This document shows positions 1-64,000 of a stretch of DNA of 64,000 nt, in pieces (position 1 is the first letter of the stretch; the number at the start of each line of letters is the position of its first letter). The translations under genes were made by a program, and so were the position numbers. The stretch is from Eledone cirrhosa (lineage: Eukaryota), in assembly GCA_964016885.1 (NCBI GenBank), contig OZ024746.1:23622001-23686000 (forward strand). The letters run 5' to 3'. A model generated the notes under the pieces. The model was given only the letters and a program-made list of their open reading frames with translations, was not told the origin of the DNA and ran no database searches.

Positions 1-4
1 AATA

Positions 5-412
5 ATTGTTCCTACTTTAGGCACAAGGCCAAAAATTTGGAGGGGAAAGTCGATTAAATTGACCTCAGTCCTTACTGATACTTTATTTTATTGACCACGT
101 AAAGACGTAAGTCAAAGATAACCTTGGCAGGATTTGAAATCAGAACGTAAATGGCTGTAACTCTATGCATCAAAGCATGTTGTTCGATACTCTATCAATA
201 CTGCCAATCCACCGCCATTATATATGGTGGATTGACAGTATTGGTAGAGAGTCGGATGCCATGCTTTGACGCATAGAGTTACGGCCCTTGCCATTCTGAG
301 TTCAAATCCCGCTGAGGTTAACTTTGCCTTTCATCCTTATGGGGTCGATAAAATAAAGTACCAGTAATGTACTAGGTAATTGCTGGCCTTGTGACCAAAG
401 TAGAAACAATTA
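5..412. mobile_element. Head-to-head pair of tRNA-derived SINEs (5-213 minus, 226-412 plus)
   Basis: B-box GAGTTCAAATCC and core gcctttcatcctt.cggggtcgataaaataaagtaccagt; the family recurs near 4925-5250, 19225-19365, 27820-28040, 42634-42745, 53160-53630, 62390-63050. Confidence 0.8.
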
Positions 413-510
413 TACATACATATGTACTTTTAAATAATGCGGGTTTATGTGGTACAGGATGCTAAAAGTTCATTCTTTACTTGGGATCTTTTTCTCTGTA
501 TTAATTTTAG

Positions 511-678
511 TCCACTCAAGAAAGAGAGCTGAAAACTGAGAATGCTTTAGGAGATGTAGCTGAAATTGTGTGCAATTCTAATGCGACCGCAGATTATATT
601 GAAGAAAAAATTGAGTTTTGGTTAAATAAATTTAGAGAGAGTTTTGGCAAGATTGAAGAATTAAAAAATATAAATTGA
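511..678 (+). CDS. Terminal coding exon of a convergent gene (STQERELKTENALGDVAEIV...KIEELKNIN*)
   Basis: Pyrimidine-rich acceptor tttctctgtattaattttag|, 55 codons then TGA, AATAAA at 711-716; the rest of the gene lies left of the window. Confidence 0.65.
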   Translation, partial: STQERELKTENALGDVAEIVCNSNATADYIEEKIEFWLNKFRESFGKIEELKNIN

Positions 679-1602
679 ATTGTTTGTTTAATTATTTTTC
701 TTTTTGACACAATAAAAATAATCATACTATCATCATCATCATGGTTTTTACATCCACTTTAAAAAAGAAAAAATATATAGAAATTTAATCACAATTACTC
801 ATTTAATCAGTTTAAACGTTGGTATAGCGCTAGAAAACTACGACAGACTGGGGGAAGTATCTAATACTTCTTACAGTTGGTAATCAAAAAGCAAGATAAC
901 ACAGAGATAAGTGAATATAAAAATAAAATAAAATAAAATAAAATAAAAAATGAAAAAAATTTAAAACAGGGAAGGCCAATGGAAGGAAGAATATATATTA
1001 TGTTTTTTTTTTCCATTTCTCTTCTTTTTTAACTCTCATCTTCCTTTCTATTTCTTCTCTCTCTCATTCAAGGACTAACATCTGAAATATTAAACTAATA
1101 TAATTTATCATTGTATTGTATTCCCATATATTTTTCATTATTGACTCATATTATATATATAATATAGTGTGAATGCTTGCTGTTTCAATGACTAGTTGCA
1201 GACTGTTAGCCAAAAGGACTCACGGTTGACTGGCCATATCATCAAGGGCATGGCTTGTCCATATAAGGGTATAAACTGTCCATCCAATTGTAAATTTTCT
1301 TTATAGGATGTTGCAGAAAAGTTTTAGAATGAATTGATTGTATTTTATATATATGAATACACATTCATACATTTTTATATATTTAGGGAATGGATGTGTG
1401 TGTAGATGTGTGTGTGTGGTCACCCAGAGGCTATAGTAAAACATAATTGCACAAGATGATGCATTGTGGGACTGAACCAAGAACCAACTGGTCATAAAGC
1501 AAACTCTTTAACCACCAAAGCACCAGACAGACAGACAGACACACTCATACATGGTTATGAGAAATCATTAAAATTAGTTTAAAGCTGGTCAGGCATTCCC
1601 CT

Positions 1603-54384
<52,782 letters not shown>

Positions 54385-54453
54385 TGTTTAAGGTTCACAG
54401 ATTTTCACTTCGAATTTTTTAATTAGCGAAGAGCTAGGTGTGCAAGTGCGTCT

Positions 54454-54488
54454 GTTGCTTAGCGACTAATTCAGGTTGTTATGATAAA
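54454..54488. promoter_or_regulatory. Two RFX X-box-like motifs upstream of the CCDC175-like ATG
   Basis: GTTGCTTAGCGAC (54454-54466) and GTTGTTATGATAAA (54475-54488), about 70-100 bp upstream of the ATG; resemble the GTNRCC-N0-3-RGYAAC consensus. Confidence 0.55.
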
Positions 54489-54944
54489 GGGGAGAACATT
54501 TTGTGGCTGAATAATTTCCCTTGAATTTTAGATTCATTATAAAGAAAAAGAATTTTTTAAAAAATTGATTAACCCTTTCGTTACATATTTCTAAGGAAAT
54601 ACATTACCTGTTATTTCGAAATCATTTTCAAAATAATGACTAATTTGAAGAGATTCACTAATATAACTTTCTCATCATTAAGCTGGTGTTTGGAGCACAA
54701 TATAAATATTCTTTAAATTGCGATGGTAAGTTTTTAAAACACATATGAACACACTAAAATAAACAGCTCTGTATAGAAAAACCTGGTCTGCTTTCAAGCA
54801 CTTATAAAGAATTTTAATGGATTTACTAAAATTATTATTTCATAATTAACACATGGTTCTTTTTTTTATTTTTTATTTTTTATTAAAAAAAAATCTAAGT
54901 GCGTTTTATAATATAGTTTCGTTGGTCAAGATATTCAAACCTTC

Positions 54945-55160
54945 TTTTTCTTCTTCTTCTTCTTCTTCTTCTTCTTCCACTCATTCCTGAGAGGGTCGTG
55001 GGGGCAGAGTCCCCAAACACTCCTTCCAGCAACCGTCTCCAACTGGTCCGACTATATCCCCAAGCGTGACCAGCCAACCTCATGGATGTTATCCAACCAG
55101 CTTACTCAGGGTTTACCCCTGGGTCTTCTGCCAGTTGGTTTTGCCTGTAAAATCTGTCTT
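54945..55160 (-). mobile_element. Second 3' fragment of the Expander-like RTE family with (GAA)n tail
   Basis: Reverse complement matches about 3183-3378. Confidence 0.75.
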
Positions 55161-55529
55161 TCTTCTCTTTTATGGAAAAGAGATAAAGTGACATCCCATG
55201 CATGTTGTAATATTACATTTCTCTTTACTAATAAATAATTTGGAATTTACATATACAGATCAATCAATTTTCATATACAGATCAATTAATTTACATATAC
55301 AGATCAATCAATTTACATATATAGACCAATCAGATACAATTCATTGTCATTTTATTCATCTCATTGTCTTATTGATTTCATTTTCATTCTATTGATTGAT
55401 TTTATTCAATTCATTGTCCAATTACATATGCTGGTGTTGTTGATGTAGTTGATGGAAATGATGGTTGTAATAATTGTCTTAATACTGTGGTATTTAATGA
55501 TTACAAAGGAAATGAAAGAGGTCAATTGT

Positions 55530-56080
55530 CAGATCAGAGCAATGAAACAATGTATCCGTTGGTCTTTCCATTGCTGATACTGTCTGTTGGTCACAACTGC
55601 TGGCAGAAGAAAGGAGCTGATCATCAGATCAGACCATGGAAACAATGTTTCCATTGGTCTTTCCATTGCTGATACTGTCTGTTGGTCATAACTGCTGACA
55701 GAAGAAAGGAGCTGATCATCAGATCAGACCATGGAAACAATGTTTCCATTGGTCTTTCCATTGCTGATACTGTCTGTTGGTCATAACTGCTGACAGAAGA
55801 AAGGAGCTGATCATCAGATCAGACCATGGAAACAATGTTTCCATTGGTCTTTCCATTGCTGATACTGTCTGTTGGTCATAACTGCTGACAGAAGAAAGGA
55901 GCTGATCATCAGATCAGACCATGGAAACAATGTTTCCATTGGTCTTTCTATTGCTGATACTGTCTGTTGGTCACAACTGCTGGCAGAAGAAAGGAGCTGA
56001 TCATCAGATCAGACCATGGAAACAATGTTTCCATTGGTCTTTATTGTCGATACTGTCTGTTGGTCACATCTGCTAGCAGA
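55530..56080. repeat. 95-bp tandem repeat derived from the CORE-like SINE body
   Basis: Units start at 55626, 55721, 55816, 55911, 56006. Confidence 0.9.
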
Positions 56081-56674
56081 AGGAAGAAGATGCATTGGTA
56101 GAACCCATCCCCTATCCAGATCTGAATACGACCACTTTCTTCCAGAGTAAGGAAAGAGATTGATAGAAAATGGAAGTGTGAAAGAGATATAGAAGAAGAA
56201 ACAACCTCAATACTTGACTGGTTCTTTTTTTTTTATTGACCTCTAAAGACAAAGTTGACCTTGGCAGGATTTGAACTCATTGAACAGAGAGTTGGAACAC
56301 CACAAAGCATTCTATGTGATGTTCTAACAACTTTGCCAATTCACCACCTTATAAACAGATTAAAAAAATAAAATTAAATGTGGGATAAAGGCTGATCTTT
56401 TTCAATTATGACGAAAGGCAATTGTCAGAAACTGGAGGAGGCTGGCAACAATAATAGCAACATCACGTCTACTTAAAACGAAAGATCACCTAGTATTTAC
56501 TATAGGAAGAAATATATATATGAGGCTGTGTATTTCTCAGGTCATTCACTTCAAAGCTCTCATGAAAAGTCAATTGTCTCCTATTTTTCATTATTTTGCT
56601 AAAACCATTTTATTTATTTATTTATTATTTATTTATCAGTCTTTCTGGCTAGTTTATCTTCCTCTCTTATTCTG

Positions 56675-56677
<3 letters not shown>

Positions 56678-56770
<93 letters not shown>

Positions 56771-56852
56771 TCTCTCTCTCTCTCTCCCTCGATCTCACAG
56801 ACTCTATTTGTCTACTCTCTCTCTCTCTCACGCAGACTGAATCTGTTTACTG

Positions 56853-56897
<45 letters not shown>

Positions 56898-57520
56898 TAC
56901 TCTAGCTGTCTACCCCCCTCTCTTTCTTGTTCCATCTCTCTCTTTTTCCAATTCATTCATTAGCTACTTTATTTTAGTATCTAATACATACACACATACA
57001 AACATACATACATACAAACACATACATCCATAATACCTACCTACATACATACATACACACATACATACATAATACATACATACATACAAACATACATACA
57101 AACACACATACATACATACATACATACATACATACATAATACATACATACATACATACATACATACACACATACATGCATACATACATATATACACACAC
57201 CAATGCTAAGAAAAACATACACATGTTAAAAAAATACATACACACACCTACACCCACAGACCTGCACACACAGACACACACAAAATATCACAGAAATGAC
57301 ACACATAGACATACACTCAAAGAAATACACACTCACTCATTAGGTAGCATACACATACATAATACACACAAGCTGAGAAATACACAAATTCATTAGGTAA
57401 CATACATACATATATACATACACTCATTAGCTAACATATACACATATACACACACAGAGTCAGCAACACAGTCTGAAAAACACCATACGCACACACAAAA
57501 ATAAATAAAAACAAAAATAC

Positions 57521-57553
<33 letters not shown>

Positions 57554-57800
57554 TACATGCACAGAAGTATATAAAAACAGACACACATGCACACACCCAT
57601 ACTCACATAATACACACAAACACACACTGGTACAGGAATACAAAAACACATACACACACAAACACACATACACACACAAACACTCACACACAAGCAGCAC
57701 TGGCACATACATAAAAAATAAAAACACACACAAACAAACATACACACAGACAAGCACACACACAAGCACAAGCAAACAGTCAAACACATACACACTCACA
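56678..57800. repeat. Compound (CT)n/(TACA)n/(CA)n low-complexity block
   Basis: Directly visible. Confidence 0.9.
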
Positions 57801-57956
57801 AGAAAAATATCTATGTAAATGGCTGATTTTGTTTAATATTTCATCATCATCTCCAACACCATCATCATCATCATCATGATACTCTCATCACCACTGTTGC
57901 CATCGCTGCTACCACAACCACTACCACTACCACCATTATCATTATCATCATCAGTG

Positions 57957-58040
57957 TATGTACTATACATACACTTTTTGATGAGTTGTAGTGCACCTGA
58001 GCACTGTACACAATATTTCATTATTATTATTATTATTATT
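57957..58040 (+). mobile_element. Extreme 3' fragment of the CR1 family (another at 25671-25707, minus)
   Basis: gagttgtagtgcacctgagcactgtacacaat + (ATT)n matches the CR1 3' end at 13284-13360. Confidence 0.8.
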
Positions 58041-58090
58041 AGTACCAGAATACTGGAATAATTGCTGGCCTTGTGCCAAAAGTAGAAACA

Positions 58091-58149
<59 letters not shown>

Positions 58150-58759
58150 CATCATCATAATCGTTTTTACATTGATTTAATAACCATCCTGATCGAGATT
58201 TTACCTATCTCTATAGCCACTCTGTATTTCCCCATGCATTGAGTACCTCCATGATTAATGGTTTCCCTGGCAATGTTTAACGAGATGTCCTTCCTGACAC
58301 CAACACTTTTGGTCACACCATAAAATACACAGGGATATGGTGCACCTGTTCTAAACCGAACGTCTTAAATGTTCTTCAATTTCTTTCATTAAAATATTGC
58401 TGTCTGTCTTTCTCTTAATAATATTGGTATCTGTATTCTGTGAATGTTGGTTATTGGTGCCTATCTTCTGTCAATCTGTTGGAATCTTGGTGTCTGTGTT
58501 CTGTGAATATTAGAATATTGGCATCTCTTTTCTGTGCATGTTGGAATGTTGGTATCTGTATCTGTGATTTTGTTTGGTGGAACTAATTTCAAATAAGCCA
58601 TGACTGGCTATGGGATTACACCTGGAAAATTCCTCTCCAAGGTGAAAGTTTGGTAAGGTGTTTGCGTAGAAGACCAGTCACTTTTCTCAATGCAACTGAT
58701 GTTCTCTAAGGAAAAAAGCAAATACTAATATAGCTTGACATTTAGCAGTGTCATTAATG

Positions 58760-59117
58760 AAGAGACACTGACAATGTCTTTAATTAAAACACAGTGACAG
58801 TGTCTTTAATTAAAACACACTGACAGTGTCTTTAATTAAAGCACAGTGGCAGTGTCTTTAATTAAAACACACTGACAGTGTCTTTAATTAAAGCACAGTG
58901 GTAGTGTCATTAATTAAAACACACTGACAGTGTCATTAATTAAACATACTGACAGTGTCTTTAATTAAAACACAGTGACAGTGTCATTAATCAAAACATA
59001 CTGACAGTGTCATTAATTAAAACACAGTGACAGTGTCATTAATCAAAACACACTGACAGTGTCATTAATCAAAACACACTGACAGTGTCATTAATCAAAA
59101 CACACTGACAGTGTCAT
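58760..59117. repeat. 26-bp minisatellite (acactgacagtgtctttaattaaaac)
   Basis: About 13 copies with an internal quasi-palindrome. Confidence 0.9.
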
Positions 59118-61293
59118 GTTAATTCACAAATGGAAGTAAACAACTGTTTGTTTAGCGATGAAATTAACGTTAATTGACAAATTGAAATGAACAATTGTTT
59201 TTAGTGATGAAATTAAAGTTAATTCACAAAATGAAGTGAACAACTTGTTAGTCTGTTTTGAAACAACATGTTGTTCAGTGTTGAAATTAATGGATGATCA
59301 TGTAAACTGAAACTGTGGCTTGCTATTCATGTATTTTGTTTCTCCTGTCAATTTATGTTGGTTTAATTGTTGTTTACGAAGAATTCATTCCTGTTCATTC
59401 AATTCTCAGTCAATGTAACCAGCTATGAAGAAATAGAAGCAACTATACTTGTTTATAGACATACAAAGAAACCTAACTATATTTAGCTGCGCATTCTTGC
59501 AAAAATAAGAAAAAAATAAACAAAATTACAAAACAAAAAAAGAAAAGAAAAACACTGCCCACTTGGAAACATGTATCACTCTTTTAAAGATGCTTCATAA
59601 AAGAATTATTATCATCTCACAAAAAAAAAATCTGTCGGTTGCTTTAAAGAATATCAAAATTATTTTTCAGAACTTGAAAAATTTATTTCTTAATATGAAA
59701 GAATAAAATCTTTTTAAAGAATTGTTGAATACAATTTTAGAAGGTGGTGATTGTTGAGTATAAAATATTAGTTTCAGTTTTGCAATCTGAAGATAGTGAA
59801 TATAGACTTTTATTTATGGCAAGCAGAAGATTTTATATATATATATATATATATTTTAAGAGTCTTATTTGTCATAAGCATGCCTTTTGACTGGGGTATT
59901 TTTCCTGTTTGCACAGCCAAACCTATATATATAGTTTGAGAGTCTGGAACTAGTTGTTGAAATGGCAAGAGCTCAGCCATCTTTATAATGTAACCATACT
60001 CTACTACCCCAAGTATCAAGTACACTGATGAGTAATGATCTAATCCATTTCAAACTGAATCCATCCTGATTTATATATATATATATGGTGGCTGCCAACT
60101 CGTTTTCGAGTACGGCCACTACTTTATATCCATGTAGGAAGAACCCCTACCGATACGCTGAACGAGTGTGACTTTTTAGTCCAGCCAGCGACTTGAAAAC
60201 TCTGGTACAAACACTACACTTGTGACAATTATTGACACATAGTGCTGGGCCCATGGTACCATGTGACGACAAGTGCAGAGAGATCTCCAGATATAAAACA
60301 ATGCCTGTGCCGTGAAGCTTTTATAGTGAGCAAAGGCACTGCACAAAGCCAGTCCCACTCTCTTAACCAAGATGATATTTACCAAAAAGAAGAACAAGTC
60401 AACATCATTGGATACCATCAGGGTTGCAGGTGTTATATCAGAGTTTTCCTTCTCCTAGAATTCTGCCTTGACAAAGGCTAAGGGGTCATCTCTCCCAGTG
60501 ATTTTGGATGGCCATTGACTCTTAAGAGCTCCTTTGCCCTTTGACAGGTTTTGTTTTTAGTCCTGCAGGATGTCCAAAGTCACCCTCCTCACCAAGAAAC
60601 GTTGGTGGGGTTGCCAGTTTAGTCGCCAACGACCCGACCATGGGACAGGTTGTACTGGGATACATGTTACCAGTAGCACCAACTGGTAACCTGACATAAA
60701 TATATATATATATATATATACGTATATACACACACATACACACAAACACACTTATTTTTTTAATGGCTTGCGTAATATTTGGTTTTTCATGTTGTGTTGT
60801 ACAAACAAGACTTCCCAATGCATGGCATCATATCAGTCAGGTGGATAGTTAGGTGGAAAGTTGAATGGGAGAAGATGGCGCATGGCCTATTATGCAATAG
60901 TGTCATAGTCGCTGCAGATAACAATAGGTTTATTTGCTTTATTATATCGAAACTACTTAATATGACAGCTGCAGCTTGATAACATCTGTCTTCCTCATTT
61001 GCTGGCTGTTGCAGTCCATGTTTGGGAGAGTGGGAAGCCCACATTCAGTTTGCTGAATTTGTCCGGTGGGTCACGGGTTGGTTTAGCAGGAGTCATGAGT
61101 GCAGGTTAACATTTCAGTTTAGGATGTTTGCTCAGTAGACTGATTGGAACAATAATGGTCTTATTTATGTATATACATATATATATATATTTAAAGCGAT
61201 GAAATACCAATGAAGGTTGGAAAATCACTGATGAAGGACTATTTTTATCATATGTAACCCATGTGCAACCACGCAGTATTCTTTCTTCTCATG

Positions 61294-61337
<44 letters not shown>

Positions 61338-61599
61338 ATATTAAATAAATGGAAACTATATTTATAAAACCATATTTATTTTATTATATATATTCCAAGG
61401 GTTCCAAAACACATTGGTACGCTTTCCTCAGATAAAATACAAAGTTTGTTTTATAAATAGAGACATACCCATGAAAATCATACCTTATCGGTTGGATATT
61501 CTCTGGATATATATATATATATATATATATATACAGTATATATCATCATCATCATAACATATATATGGATACGATGTACGTATTCTAAACCAGATACAT

Positions 61600-61637
<38 letters not shown>

Positions 61638-62858
61638 TTATACATAGAGAGAGAGAGTGAGAAAAAGGGAGAGATAGATACTTAGATAGATATGTGACTG
61701 CATCTGATTTAGAATAGGTACACCATATTCCTATGTGACAAAGACAGTGTCTATGAGTCCTGTTCAACCCATGCCAACATAGAAAAATTAAAGCAAAAAC
61801 GATGGTGGTGGTGGTGATGATGGTGGTGATGATGGTGGTGATGATGATGGTGGTGATGATGGTGGTGATGATGGTGGTGATGATGGTGGTGATGATGAGG
61901 ATGATGATGATGACGATATATATATATATAACTCCGCCAGCCACATTGAGCACAATTAACTGGCAAGTTGCTCCTTCCATTTTTTGTTACTCATATCCAC
62001 TTTACACAAACATGAATTAGCCTACATAAAACAGATACTTCTACTTCTTCTCATATATCTATCTATCTATATATATATATTTATAGTCTTACTTCTTTTA
62101 TAAAAAGTGAACATTTGTATTTCAATATCTAAGTCAATTGAACATTTTCATTTGTTTAAGCTGTGCTGCCCATAAATTACTGAGATCACGCTGTGCATCT
62201 GTTTAAGCTATAAACCAATATAACCTTTACGTAGCCAAATATAAAATGTGTAGAGTTAGCCAACATTTTCAATCAATTTAATGACTCTTCTATGTTCTAT
62301 AAATAATAATTCTAATTTGTTAACTTCCTGTTCTGTCTAACAAATGTCACCAACATTATTCTCTCTGGATTTATCACAGTCACTAAATAATTGTTTCTAC
62401 TTTAGGCACAAGGCCAGCAATTACCCAGTGCATTACTGGTACTTTATTTTATCGACCCCGTAAGGATGAAAGGCAAAGTCAACCTCGGCGGGATTTGAAC
62501 TCAGATCGTAAAGGGACGTAACTATGCTGGAAAGCATGGCGTCCGACCCTCTACCGATACTGCCAATCCATTGCCCTTCACAGTCACTAAATAATAGTTT
62601 CTGATTTAGGTACAAGGCCAACAATTTTGGGGAGGAGAAATCTGAGTTCAAATCCCACTGAGGTTAGTTTTGCCTTTCATTCTTATGGGATCGATAAAAT
62701 AAAGTACCAGTAAATCACTGGGGTCAATTTAATTGACTTCCCCCGCCACCTCCACATTGTTGAGCTTGTGCCTAAATCAGAAACCATTATTATTATGATG
62801 ATGATGGTGAGGATGTGTCTTGACTTCAGTATTCAGAAAAGCTGGAATATTAATTAAT

Positions 62859-63050
62859 TGTTTCTACTTTCGGCACAAGGCCAGCAATTACATAGTGCAT
62901 TACTGGTACTTTATTTTATCGACCCCATAAGGATGAAAGGCAAAGTTAACCTCGGTGGGATTTGAACTCAGAATGGCAAGGGCCGTAACTCTATGCGGCA
63001 AAGCATGGCGTCAGACCCTCTACCGATACTGCCATTCCACCATATCTACC
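62859..63050 (-). mobile_element. Young SINE copy with 19-bp target-site duplication
   Basis: agctggaatattaattaat at 62840-62858 and 63051-63069. Confidence 0.85.
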
Positions 63051-64000
63051 AGCTGGAATATTAATTAATAAAATGTTTTCCATGATGACATATAGCTTTT
63101 CTTTTATCAGTTACAAGAACCAGTTCATAGCAGACTGATGTAATAGACAATTTAACTGAACTCTTTCTTACTTATTATATTTACAATTTTTATTCTTTTA
63201 CTGGTTTCAATCATTTGACTGTGGCCATGCTGGGGCACCACTTTAACAACATCTCAAGTGCTAATGCCACAATAAAATTCACCCAGTACACTCAGTAAAG
63301 TCATTGACAATTGGAAACAACATAGTGTAGAACAACCTCTCCAGTGCTGGTGCTATGAAAAGATGCACCCAGTACACTCTGTAAAGTCATTGACAATTGA
63401 TTGGAGACAACAGTGTCGAAATGGCTCTTTAGTCTTGTCAAAGAAATAACAATCACCAACATTTAGAATGTATAAATGTGATGTGGTTCCGTGCCCCATT
63501 TTTGAAAGTAGCATCTCTGAATAAGATATTAGTTCTGTCTCTAATAACCCATCTTAACAACTTTCTTTCTAATTTTTTTACCAACTACTGAGTAGAATAT
63601 TTGATGATTTGTGCAAAAAATATCTTAAATTGAAAGTTATTGCTTGGCAACATATTGATGTGCACTGCACCAATACAAATGACTGTGTGGACATACACTT
63701 GCACAACTTAAATGGAACATTACACCCAACCCATATTAGTGTGAAAGTGGGTGTAAAATATTAGTTTCTAATTTTGGCACAAGACCAGCAATTTTTGGTG
63801 GGGGAGGGAGGGAAAGTCGATTATATTGATCCCAGTTCTTTACTAACATTTTATTTTTGTTTTGTAAAAACTGATGCCTTCTTGTTATTATTTCCACCAG
63901 CTCAACCCAGCGCAGCCCAGTCAAGCCCAACCCAGCCCATCCCAGCCCATTGCTCTCGCTATGGCAGCAATTATGAGTGTGAATTAATTTATCAATTGGT

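Overview
AT-rich, microsatellite- and retroposon-dense eukaryotic DNA. The SINE/LINE repertoire suggests an octopus-like cephalopod (inference). Most of the window (1603-54384, minus strand) is one 23-exon gene that I rebuilt by hand from GT-AG boundaries. Every splice phase is consistent and the CDS is 2304 nt (767 aa + stop), encoding a long coiled-coil protein resembling CCDC175, with RFX X-box-like motifs just upstream. A convergent gene's terminal exon (511-678, plus strand) may be a paralog. The introns hold a CR1 LINE with an intact 919-aa APE+RT ORF2 that lacks an upstream ATG and has a G GGA AAC slippery site at the ORF1/ORF2 overlap. They also hold truncated RTE LINEs with a PHD finger inside the RT region, a CRE-like remnant, several SINE and MITE families, and many minisatellites. 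The most unusual signal is a set of short non-coding elements, often in fold-back pairs, carrying Penelope/retrozyme-type minimal hammerhead ribozyme cores with covarying stems. One inverted pair brackets a coding exon. All assignments are by eye or from memory; no searches were run.
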